Shown: positions 12,599 to 20,000 of the stretch, one piece after another
Layout of the letters: each line of letters begins with the position of its first letter
How positions within the stretch are numbered: the first letter of the stretch is position 1
Source: an uncultured virus (IMG/VR IMGVR_UViG_3300042402_005558)
Taxonomy: Duplodnaviria; Heunggongvirae; Uroviricota; Caudoviricetes
DNA: 20,000 bases
Virus record (IMG/VR): IMGVR_UViG_3300042402_005558
Direction: 5' to 3' (one strand)
The notes under the pieces: model-generated
The model's input: the letters and a program-made list of their open reading frames with translations, nothing else
Databases searched by the model: none
What the model was told of the DNA's origin: nothing
Made by a program: the position numbers and the translations under genes

Positions 12599-12627
12599 AG
12601 TATACGGTCTTTTTATTTATGTGTCAA
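12599..12627 (-). promoter_or_regulatory. sigma70-type promoter P1 of the tRNA operon
   Basis: TTGACA-17nt-TATACT with ATAAATA inside the spacer. Confidence 0.85.
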
Positions 12628-12656
12628 CCTAGATCATTGCAGTTTATGTGGCTTTT

Positions 12657-12905
12657 TTACAACACATCATTGGTCTGTGAGATCAGCAGATGCTTGCCAA
12701 TTTCAAACAGTCCGACACTGCCTGGTAGATCCAAGGCACTGACATGTATCTGTGCCTCGCCATCCTTGTCTAAACTGCAGGCCACTAGTTCTCGAATCTC
12801 GCCTCGCTCTATCTGATCTCGCACAGCATCTATGACTTCTAAAAGTGATTGCTTGCGCTCTTCATCTTCCTTGGCCTTGGGATCAAAGGTATAGACATTG
12901 TTCAT
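12657..12905 (-). CDS. Hypothetical protein
   Basis: 82-aa ORF starting 3 nt after the clpP stop. Confidence 0.75.
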   Translation of the reverse strand: MNNVYTFDPKAKEDEERKQSLLEVIDAVRDQIERGEIRELVACSLDKDGEAQIHVSALDLPGSVGLFEIGKHLLISQTNDVL

Positions 12906-12908
12906 TGA

Positions 12909-13484
12909 TTATCCCAGTAGATGATCTGCTACGCCAATTTCCACAGTTTCTTCTGCGGTTAGATAAACGTCTGATGCTGGCAGCAGGCGTTTCTTGATCA
13001 CCGAGGGTGCCAATCCAGTGGCTGCTTTCAAAACTGAGACCATACGTTCATTACAGCTGTCATTTTCTCGCATAGTGGCTTTGAGATCGTGATATTTATT
13101 GTCCATACTTTCGGAAAATTGGTGGCACATGAAACTGGTGTTTTTGGCAGCGTATCGTTCACCGTGTGTGCCTGAAGCAAAGATCAAGAATGCCGCACTC
13201 ATCACTGCACCGATGCCTACACATCGTACTTTATGAGGACTGGCCTGCATGACATCTATGAGTGCAAATGCCTGATAAAGATCACCGCCTGTGGAATTAA
13301 TATAAAGTGTCAGTGTTTTTTCCTTGGCTACATCAAGATTCTCATAGAGAAACCACCGCACACATTCTCCTACAGATTCTTCGTTGATTTCACCGTTAAG
13401 GAAAAATGTGCTAGATTCTAGCAGTTTGAGATCAATCTGATCCTCAGCATTGAAATATTCCGATTTTTTCACTTTTTGCTCCAT
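12909..13484 (-). CDS. clpP: ClpP-like protease subunit
   Basis: LYINSTGG, GAVMSAA (catalytic Ser), FMCHQ (His), DVYLTAEE..GVAD (Asp). Confidence 0.92.
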   Translation of the reverse strand: MEQKVKKSEYFNAEDQIDLKLLESSTFFLNGEINEESVGECVRWFLYENLDVAKEKTLTLYINSTGGDLYQAFALIDVMQASPHKVRCVGIGAVMSAAFLIFASGTHGERYAAKNTSFMCHQFSESMDNKYHDLKATMRENDSCNERMVSVLKAATGLAPSVIKKRLLPASDVYLTAEETVEIGVADHLLG

Positions 13485-13540
13485 GCGTATACTTTACTTA
13501 TCCTAGTTGTATTATAACATAATTAAGTGCGTATATTATC

Positions 13541-13810
13541 TCAAGTTTGCCATCTGCGGGTTTCAGGGTTCCAATGTCTTATATCATAGACCTGGAATTC
13601 TAGATTATATCCCACCATTCCAATACCCATATGTAGACCAGCGTGACTTTGATTGTGGGTTATTCTCACAAACAGATCTACGATATCAGCGGATTGATAG
13701 ATCTGCAGTTCCCAAAATTTGTGCTTGAATGGCGTAGATCCATGCCAACATTTGATATTGTTGAACCTGTTTGATCCGGGTACTCGAATATTAAAACTAA
13801 AACTAATCAT
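13541..13810 (-). CDS. Hypothetical protein
   Basis: 89-aa ORF with an ATGA overlap. Confidence 0.7.
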   Translation of the reverse strand: MISFSFNIRVPGSNRFNNIKCWHGSTPFKHKFWELQIYQSADIVDLFVRITHNQSHAGLHMGIGMVGYNLEFQVYDIRHWNPETRRWQT

Positions 13811-13992
13811 TCTGGCAGTGACCTGAATCGTTGTAAGAAGCTTTCTATGTAACAGCTATATTCACGATTAGAATCTTCGGGTGCATTTTCTTTGATATAA
13901 TGAACCCATGTATGCCCGTCGATTTCAATTACATGTAGTACATGAAATTTTTGTCCTTCGTTACCTTCCCATCTTGATCCCTCTTTGACCAT
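13807..13992 (-). CDS. Hypothetical protein, small SH3-like beta fold possible
   Basis: 61 aa, GGAG RBS, GSRW...F.V......WVHY....E.F..RF pattern. Confidence 0.75.
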   Translation of the reverse strand: MVKEGSRWEGNEGQKFHVLHVIEIDGHTWVHYIKENAPEDSNREYSCYIESFLQRFRSLPE

Positions 13993-14000
13993 GGCATCTC

Positions 14001-14405
14001 CTATTGTTTAAAAATCTCTACTGCTTCATTATCAACGTTCTCAGTTATATGTAGCATAAATCTGTAATGATCCCAGGCTGTTTTGACCGAAGGATTTTTA
14101 CTGCATTCTGTGGGAAACATATCTACCCAAACTGAATTTTCTGGCTGTGCATGTCTGTGCATGCCCTGTGCTCTTGGTTGCAACACTCTATTAGAATTCC
14201 AAAGCAGATGTGCGACTTCTTTGCAACTGTGGTGATCTAGTCCTAGAAGATATCCGGGCTCTCCCATATACACATCTATCACATGGTCTAAGTGACTGAC
14301 ATCTTTAATGTTGGTGGCAGTGATTAAAAATGCCACATCATCGATGCCGACTTCACCGTTAACAATATCACGAATACATCGACCAAAACTAAATCCTATT
14401 TTCAT
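14001..14405 (-). CDS. Hypothetical phage protein
   Basis: 134 aa with an ATGA overlap and GGAG RBS. Confidence 0.8.
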   Translation of the reverse strand: MKIGFSFGRCIRDIVNGEVGIDDVAFLITATNIKDVSHLDHVIDVYMGEPGYLLGLDHHSCKEVAHLLWNSNRVLQPRAQGMHRHAQPENSVWVDMFPTECSKNPSVKTAWDHYRFMLHITENVDNEAVEIFKQ

Positions 14406-14644
14406 TCTTTAACTCCGAAATGTTCTTTAATCTCGTCCCTAATCTCTTTCAACGCGGCATAGGTCCATTCGCAAGCCATCTCACCTGCGGCACTATTACT
14501 AACAGGAATACGATGTGTTTCAATCTTGTCAATACATTCCCGAACAATCAACTCGGCAAACTTTTCGCTAAACTCTTTGCTTGAACTACCGGTCATTTGA
14601 CGTTGTGCTTCTGCAAATAAATTACCAATTAATTGTTCGTTCAT
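14402..14644 (-). CDS. Hypothetical phage protein
   Basis: 80 aa with the motif EKFAELIVREC...IKEHFGV, downstream of its own promoter. Confidence 0.8.
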   Translation of the reverse strand: MNEQLIGNLFAEAQRQMTGSSSKEFSEKFAELIVRECIDKIETHRIPVSNSAAGEMACEWTYAALKEIRDEIKEHFGVKE

Positions 14645-14668
14645 ATAATACTTTCTAAATGATATAAT

Positions 14669-14697
14669 ATTATAACATCGTCTAGGTCAAATGTCAA
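14669..14697 (-). promoter_or_regulatory. sigma70-type promoter
   Basis: TTGACA-17nt-TATAAT with extended TGn. Confidence 0.85.
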
Positions 14698-14703
14698 GTA
14701 TTA

Positions 14704-14961
14704 TCACGACCACCTCATCGCAAACAGCATGGCATCTTGTTCATTTTGGAAATACCAAGCACGGCCATTTGGATCACTGAGGTCACGAAACTTGCTTTGA
14801 CAGTTTTCCAAACACCATGTGAGTTTTTCTGAAAAGTCATCATCTTTGAGCACAATGGCGTGATACGTATCTAATAACTGCATCAATCTTTCATCAACCT
14901 TGAGATGCTCTTCTGCTTTCTGAGCCCGCAAAATTGTCACTGTGGGATTCGGATCTATCAT
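14704..14961 (-). CDS. Tandem paralogue family member
   Basis: C-terminus WYFQNEQDAMLFAMRWS. Confidence 0.8.
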   Translation of the reverse strand: MIDPNPTVTILRAQKAEEHLKVDERLMQLLDTYHAIVLKDDDFSEKLTWCLENCQSKFRDLSDPNGRAWYFQNEQDAMLFAMRWS

Positions 14962-15314
14962 TTTCCGTGCCTTAACAGATATTCTGTGAGTCTAGCACCT
15001 GACAGTTTAGCTCGAATCTCGTACCGATATCCGTATTGCAGTTGATCTGGGATTCTATTCCAGCTAGGAGTTTCCACTGCGTGAGACATGACCCACGCAC
15101 CTTCTTCACTTTGTTGCCATTTCCAAAGTGGTTCTGCAGCATACAGGTCTGGATCTTCTACGTCGCCCATTGTAAACGAATGGACAACGACTTCTCGTAT
15201 TTCCTCTACTCGATCGTTGACTATCATATACCTATATGTATCTCCTTCGGGTGCAGGCCCTAGGTAACCCTGAGCAGGGTCAAACTGGTATCCTTTGAAT
15301 TTATGTATCGCCAT
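14958..15314 (-). CDS. Tandem paralogue family member (divergent)
   Basis: GDVEDPDLYAAEP motif, C-terminus LTEYLLRHGK. Confidence 0.8.
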   Translation of the reverse strand: MAIHKFKGYQFDPAQGYLGPAPEGDTYRYMIVNDRVEEIREVVVHSFTMGDVEDPDLYAAEPLWKWQQSEEGAWVMSHAVETPSWNRIPDQLQYGYRYEIRAKLSGARLTEYLLRHGK

Positions 15315-15516
15315 ATTTTAAACTAAACCAAACCGCCCATTTATCTTGATGGAAAATAAATTTTGTATATTTGGGTATTTCTCCAACCATTGAATCCCAA
15401 CGAGTTTGATAAAATGCAAAATCAAAATCTTTCCCCTGCACTAAGCCCTGTTCTCGAACGTCTCTAACAATATCTATAGCATCATTAGGGGACAGATTTT
15501 TAATTATCACTTCCAT
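15301..15516 (-). CDS. Tandem paralogue family member
   Basis: C-terminus FIFHQDKWAVWFSLKYG. Confidence 0.78.
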   Translation of the reverse strand: MEVIIKNLSPNDAIDIVRDVREQGLVQGKDFDFAFYQTRWDSMVGEIPKYTKFIFHQDKWAVWFSLKYGDT

Positions 15517-15770
15517 CTTAGTGTAAAATTCACAGCATCTACTGTAGATTCAAAGATAAAATCTGCACCGCTGCGTTCAAAGGGATTTTTACAATTTGAT
15601 TCTAACCAATGTGTAATATCCACAGCATGGTTGTTGTCTGTAAATCTATCCAACATGACTCTGCGCCAACCTATATCCTTGAGCATGCCCCAAAGCACCT
15701 CGCGGTCAATTTCGCGAGCCATTTCTATACCTGCCTTATTCAGCATTTCTTCTTCTAGAGTCATCGCCAC
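15507..15770 (-). CDS. Tandem paralogue family member
   Basis: C-terminus FIFESTVDAVNFTLRWK. The start may be ATG 15764. Confidence 0.8.
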   Translation of the reverse strand: MAMTLEEEMLNKAGIEMAREIDREVLWGMLKDIGWRRVMLDRFTDNNHAVDITHWLESNCKNPFERSGADFIFESTVDAVNFTLRWK

Positions 15771-16156
15771 CTCATCACAAACATCAAACGATCTGCATCA
15801 TCGCGGAACCAAAACTTGCGATTGTTCATATACCAACGCTGTGCAGGTGCGAGCGTAGGATTTTCTCCCCAGATAGATCCCTGTGTGGAATCAAAAGTTT
15901 TTATGCACCACGCTTCCATTTCATGCCAAACTCCGCCCACTGGTTCTACACAGTAGTATTGGCAGCCGTAGACTGTGCCCTCTGTGAGTTTGAGATCTTC
16001 TACTGGACGAGCATGCAAGTCATCCCAAAGTCTCTGAAATGCTTGGCTATTCATCACGCTCTTGCCAGTCCCTCGGCCTGCCATGGTCAATATCAGCTGA
16101 CTGGGTTTGATGCCTTGAAGTTTATTCAGCACATTTGTTTGCCAATCTGGTATCAT
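15761..16156 (-). CDS. Tandem paralogue family member with an N-terminal P-loop-like segment
   Basis: AGRGTGKS near the N-terminus, C-terminus FWFRDDADRLMFVMRWR. Confidence 0.8.
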   Translation of the reverse strand: MIPDWQTNVLNKLQGIKPSQLILTMAGRGTGKSVMNSQAFQRLWDDLHARPVEDLKLTEGTVYGCQYYCVEPVGGVWHEMEAWCIKTFDSTQGSIWGENPTLAPAQRWYMNNRKFWFRDDADRLMFVMRWR

Positions 16157-16404
16157 ACGTTACCCCTTCCGCCAAACTTTAACATAAACATCATGGCATC
16201 GTGATCGTCTGTGAATTGAAAATATAGTGCATGAACATGTTCTTCACGCCAGAGTTCTTTGCAGTTGTTAATACACCAAGAGGACATTTCTTCAATTTGA
16301 TTACGTGTGATATTATTAAAGTTTACACGATACGGGTAAACTGTTCTAACACGGGTGGCTAGTATCTCATTAAGCGAACTAATTTTAAGTTTGTCCGTTA
16401 CCAT
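16153..16404 (-). CDS. Tandem paralogue family member
   Basis: C-terminus FQFTDDHDAMMFMLKFG. Confidence 0.8.
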   Translation of the reverse strand: MVTDKLKISSLNEILATRVRTVYPYRVNFNNITRNQIEEMSSWCINNCKELWREEHVHALYFQFTDDHDAMMFMLKFGGRGNV

Positions 16405-16702
16405 ATTTTAATAGAAACATTGTGCGTTTTTGATCATCGTAGAAATCCAATCGAACGGTATGTACATTCTTTTTGCCTTCATACCAACCAAGTTCCAGAT
16501 CGTGCCATTCACCTGTTGATGGTAATTTTACATAATCTGGGTCTTTGACATACTCTCTGTGATCACGTACAGTGAAGCCCAGGACTTCTTTCATCTTTGT
16601 TCGTGAAAGATAAACGCTGGGCTTTTCTCGTTGCTTGATACGATCGAGTACCGCATTCCACTGGTCAGAACTCATAACTACAGGTTTGCTCATTATAACC
16701 AC
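16385..16702 (-). CDS. Tandem paralogue family member
   Basis: C-terminus LDFYDDQKRTMFLLKYG. The start may be ATG 16693. Confidence 0.8.
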   Translation of the reverse strand: MVIMSKPVVMSSDQWNAVLDRIKQREKPSVYLSRTKMKEVLGFTVRDHREYVKDPDYVKLPSTGEWHDLELGWYEGKKNVHTVRLDFYDDQKRTMFLLKYGNGQT

Positions 16703-16998
16703 TTTAATTGAAATAATGTTGCTTCAGTATCGTCGCTGATGTAGACAGTCCACATAGGATCACCACTGTTAAACCGATGCGTGATATCTGTTGTAGGGCA
16801 CATTTTACTCATCCACTCTTGAAATTCTTGATGGTCGCTAGGATATACCCAACAGTACCAACCGCGAGGGGGCGGATCCATTTTCCACTGACTATCAGGA
16901 TTAGGACAGGTCTTGCCATCTTCAAACCGCCAATGGTGCACTGATGTTTTGCGCATTTTTACCCATCCACCGTTTACTGCTACTAATGTCATTTCCAA
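16693..16998 (-). CDS. Tandem paralogue family member
   Basis: C-terminus VYISDDTEATLFQLKWL. The start may be ATG 16992. Confidence 0.8.
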   Translation of the reverse strand: MEMTLVAVNGGWVKMRKTSVHHWRFEDGKTCPNPDSQWKMDPPPRGWYCWVYPSDHQEFQEWMSKMCPTTDITHRFNSGDPMWTVYISDDTEATLFQLKWL

Positions 16999-17315
16999 GT
17001 ACGATGATCTTCAGCCACCCATTCTACACCGTCGTACTCACCAATGTGCCACGACACATCGCCGGGTATTTCTACTATCTTGAGTTTGGCATGGCCGCCG
17101 CTGGCAGCAGAGCCTAGTTCCTTGACTACCTTGACCAGATAGGGATCATCACGAGCAACATCTCGATCATACCATCCAGAATCTGTGATGCCTGCAAGTT
17201 TTTTATATTCTTCACGAGCACGATCACTGAGACCAAACCCGCCATAGCAGTCATTGATCACTATATGTCTGATACCAGTTTTTAGATCTTCTAAAAACTT
17301 TTGAGTTTCGCCCAT
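16989..17315 (-). CDS. Hypothetical phage protein
   Basis: IVINDCYGGFGLS...RDDPYLV...EYDGVEWVAE. Confidence 0.82.
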   Translation of the reverse strand: MGETQKFLEDLKTGIRHIVINDCYGGFGLSDRAREEYKKLAGITDSGWYDRDVARDDPYLVKVVKELGSAASGGHAKLKIVEIPGDVSWHIGEYDGVEWVAEDHRTWK

Positions 17316-17875
17316 TACCGGCCTTTCTTTTTCTTTTTCTTCTTTACAGAAAAATCAATATCATTTAACATGCGATGTTGGTCGATGGCTTCTTGTAGAG
17401 CGATCTCAACCAATTCGTTAAAAGTGATGTCACGATCGTGTGCGATCTTCATATACTCTAACAGTTCTGCATCGTCGAAATCTACCTGAATCTGTACACG
17501 AGTATCGTAGTCTTCACCTTCACGAATAGCCAGAGCTTTTTGGAAGAAATCGTCATCTACATCTAGATCGATGTAATTAACATCATCCCAGGCATTATTG
17601 ACACTGATGCCACGCTCTTCACTTTCATCGGAATGGTTACTTTGGAAGTCAGGATTGATAAGTCGATAGGCACGATTATGCACATAGTCGTGAGCCTGAA
17701 CTTCATAGACTACCTGTGTTTTATTATCAAAAATGATACAAAAACTATATCCATTTTGATCACCATTCCAACTATCTAGAGAGTAAGCATCGGGACCATA
17801 GCACTGCCAACAGTATTCACTGCCCTCGGTGATACGATAGTCTACCAATTCCATCCATTCTTTAAGAGTAATCAC
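17315..17875 (-). CDS. Hypothetical acidic phage protein with a poly-Lys tail
   Basis: GTG start with AAGGA RBS, 186 aa. Confidence 0.82.
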   Translation of the reverse strand: MITLKEWMELVDYRITEGSEYCWQCYGPDAYSLDSWNGDQNGYSFCIIFDNKTQVVYEVQAHDYVHNRAYRLINPDFQSNHSDESEERGISVNNAWDDVNYIDLDVDDDFFQKALAIREGEDYDTRVQIQVDFDDAELLEYMKIAHDRDITFNELVEIALQEAIDQHRMLNDIDFSVKKKKKKKGR

Positions 17876-17902
17876 GGTTAAATCCTTTCATTAAGATACT
17901 AT

Positions 17903-17931
17903 AGTATAGCATATTTCTGTTTAATTGTCAA
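17903..17931 (-). promoter_or_regulatory. sigma70-type promoter
   Basis: TTGACA-17nt-TATACT with extended TGn. The -35 box lies in the 3' end of the upstream gene. Confidence 0.83.
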
Positions 17932-18391
17932 TGCGAGGTTGATTGTCTTTGGTTAATTTGCACATCAATTGGAAATGATCATAGGCCTTACGTACACCTT
18001 CGTGTTGCAGAAGCTTGTCTGCCTCCACTTGCATGGCCTTGACCCCAGCTTCTGCGATATCGTGTATGCTGGCACCGTGGAGAGTACACAATTCATCACC
18101 AAACTCTTTGGCCAACTTTTTCCATGCTCGTTGCTGTCCTGGGGTGATTGGGGTCTTCGCAGGCCGCATTTCGCTGGCTCGATTCAGCGCCTTGCACATA
18201 GCATCTTCAGCATACCGGCCAGCAGCGATCATAGGAGCCAGCGCAGGATCGATGTTGTACCTACGGCTGGTTCCTCCCGGATAGCTCATCACGAGATGAT
18301 TGCCTTTGGTAAAGCTGTCCAGAAAGTCGTTGTCATACTCACTCACAGGCACATACCTACGCCCAACTTTTTCGTAATAGATTTTTTTCAT
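17921..18391 (-). CDS. Hypothetical phage protein
   Basis: 156 aa with an ATGA overlap to the upstream gene. Confidence 0.8.
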   Translation of the reverse strand: MKKIYYEKVGRRYVPVSEYDNDFLDSFTKGNHLVMSYPGGTSRRYNIDPALAPMIAAGRYAEDAMCKALNRASEMRPAKTPITPGQQRAWKKLAKEFGDELCTLHGASIHDIAEAGVKAMQVEADKLLQHEGVRKAYDHFQLMCKLTKDNQPRIDN

Positions 18392-19191
18392 ACTTCAACT
18401 ACTTTCTCTGGATCCCATCCAGTATCTTCACTCCATCCACTGGCTTGATGGTAACCACGTGGATTACACACCACTCGAGTCTCACCTATGACATAATCAA
18501 AACAATGATGTGTATGACCATGTGTCCACAGTTTGATCTGCGGATGATCCAACATAATCTCTGAAAGGTCACTGTGATACGCACCGTTCATGATATAGTC
18601 TGATTTGTACATCTCGTGACAGCTCTGAAAACTAGGAGTGTGATGCCCCACTACCACTACCCGCTTGTCTGCGTGTTCTTTGACAATTAACTCGATATAC
18701 TGTCGAGTCTGTCTATGACGTTCTGCAGTGGTAGCAGGCTTGAGTTTGATATAGCCCAAGGTGTCATCAGTGATAGATCTGAAATCATTCATCATGTCAC
18801 GAACACCGTGCAGAGTCAATGGATCATGTCTATTCATATCTGTCCAAAGTGTGCCACCTACAAACACCACATCATCGATGATTTTAGTATCACGCTCAAG
18901 GAAGTAGATGTTATCGTGAACACCACAAGCCATGCGCAGTTGTTCTAGACTTTTAGACCAATAGCCGCCATAGAACTCATGATTGCCAGCGATATAGATC
19001 ACATGCGGAAATTGAAAACTGCAACGTTTCAAGAAATCTCTGAAACGGACACCCAATTCACTTTCAGGCTTGAGAACTTTCTCAGCGATCATAATGTCAC
19101 CACCGAGAATCAATACATCGGCGTTATTGGTGTTTTTGATCAGTATGTCCGAGAACTCTAGATGTAGATCGGATACGATTTGGATTTTCAT
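18388..19191 (-). CDS. Calcineurin-like metallophosphoesterase
   Basis: SDLHLEF, LGGDI, AGNHEFY, HHTP, HGHTH, NPRGY. Confidence 0.92.
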   Translation of the reverse strand: MKIQIVSDLHLEFSDILIKNTNNADVLILGGDIMIAEKVLKPESELGVRFRDFLKRCSFQFPHVIYIAGNHEFYGGYWSKSLEQLRMACGVHDNIYFLERDTKIIDDVVFVGGTLWTDMNRHDPLTLHGVRDMMNDFRSITDDTLGYIKLKPATTAERHRQTRQYIELIVKEHADKRVVVVGHHTPSFQSCHEMYKSDYIMNGAYHSDLSEIMLDHPQIKLWTHGHTHHCFDYVIGETRVVCNPRGYHQASGWSEDTGWDPEKVVEV

Positions 19192-19220
19192 GGCAGGTTA
19201 TACTCACTTTCTATGTGTAT

Positions 19221-19249
19221 ATTATAGCATCAGTTAACGATGTTGTCAA
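19221..19249 (-). promoter_or_regulatory. sigma70-type promoter
   Basis: TTGACA-17nt-TATAAT with extended TGn. A divergent TAAATA lies at 19255-19260 on the + strand. Confidence 0.85.
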
Positions 19250-19284
19250 TCAGTTAAATACTAGTATAACCCGGGAGCGAATCG

Positions 19285-19566
19285 ATGGGCGAATTTTTCA
19301 AACTAGTAGCGGAACTAGGATTTCCAATTGCTGCGGCGCTGGCAGGTGGATACTTTGTATTTCTAACTCTCAAATTGGTGTTGGGCTCTGTTATGAGTTC
19401 AGTAAAAGGTCTGAGCGGCATAATCACAGCCTTAGACAACCGTGTAAAAACCATGAATCACGATGTCATACGCATAGATGCAGTGGTGTCTAATGCTTTG
19501 GGTCTTCGTCCAGATGTAGAGCGCATAGCTCGTGCAGATGGCAAGAACGATGCAAGGAGAGATTGA
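19285..19566 (+). CDS. Small membrane protein (TM helix plus coiled coil, possibly holin-like)
   Basis: GGAG RBS. Hydrophobic LGFPIAAALAGGYFVFLTL followed by a heptad region. Confidence 0.75.
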   Translation: MGEFFKLVAELGFPIAAALAGGYFVFLTLKLVLGSVMSSVKGLSGIITALDNRVKTMNHDVIRIDAVVSNALGLRPDVERIARADGKNDARRD

Positions 19567-19763
19567 TGTTACATTTTGACTATTCGTGGGATTTAAGTCC
19601 AAATGGGATAATCTTGGATGAAGAACTTAACGTAGATAAACTAGGATGGAAAGGCGGCGATTACTTCCAATTGGTAAATGTTAACGGTCGCTGCTATCTC
19701 AAAAAAGTAGATCCTTTAGTAAAATTTATCAAAGACGGAGAGCGCAATGAGCAACTGGTATAA
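19563..19763 (+). CDS. Hypothetical protein
   Basis: AAGGAG RBS, probable ATG at 19565. DKLGWKGGD...L.KV is reminiscent of an AbrB-like fold. Confidence 0.7.
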   Translation: MMLHFDYSWDLSPNGIILDEELNVDKLGWKGGDYFQLVNVNGRCYLKKVDPLVKFIKDGERNEQLV

Positions 19764-19938
19764 TAATCTTCCTGAACATACCAAGACCTACCTCGAGTCA
19801 CAGCCTATATACCATGGAAGAGATTTATTTAAATCATCGCTTTGGGGTGCTGTAATCGGGTTCATCGTTGGGATATTGGTCGGCTTTGAATGGGCCTATC
19901 AACCTGTAATTACTGTGTTTAGGCCGTTGGTGGGATGA
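19747..19938 (+). CDS. Small membrane protein
   Basis: GGAG RBS, TM segment LWGAVIGFIVGILVGF. Confidence 0.72.
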   Translation: MSNWYNNLPEHTKTYLESQPIYHGRDLFKSSLWGAVIGFIVGILVGFEWAYQPVITVFRPLVG

Positions 19939-20000
19939 TGTTTGAAGCATTTATGGTATTCTATTTGTTAGAATGCCTAGTATTAATCTCTGTGGCAGTT

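Noticed and set aside
16040..16110. Walker A-like AGRGTGKS as evidence of an ATPase
   Set aside because: There is no Walker B motif and no room for a P-loop domain. It is at most a relic fragment.
12455..19493. Short alternative ORFs opposite or overlapping the called genes (e.g. 12455-12742, 13507-13728, 17969-18448, 19215-19493)
   Set aside because: They overlap better-supported genes or promoters and have no recognisable motifs.

Overview
This window looks like part of a large dsDNA tailed-phage genome; no database search was run. Most genes are on the minus strand. 1-1636 is the N-terminal part of a tail-fibre-like protein that the ORF track misses. 1776-3830 holds small accessory genes, including a metallophosphoesterase, a Cys-based phosphatase and an HExxH protein. 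3889-11829 is an array of 30 anticodon-bearing tRNA or tRNA-like genes, all with encoded CCA and covering all 20 amino acids, plus one anticodon-less tRNA-like RNA. The array is interspersed with structured non-tRNA RNAs and with inserted genes (rpoZ, 2OG-Fe(II) oxygenase-like proteins, a methyltransferase, an SDR). 12657-19191 holds clpP, eight tandem paralogues sharing a C-terminal motif, and a second metallophosphoesterase. 19285-20000 holds plus-strand small genes, two of them membrane-like. The strongest candidate novel system is an apparent ribosome-mediated attenuator at the head of the tRNA array (12258-12627). Its 51-aa leader peptide contains all 20 amino acids upstream of an antiterminator sequence, so it could switch on the array when any charged tRNA runs short. 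Other highlights are a ~285-nt structured leader RNA with 7-nt periodic motifs in front of a coiled-coil protein, a D-armless 9/3 pseudoknotted tRNA-Tyr-like RNA, and several other non-canonical tRNAs.
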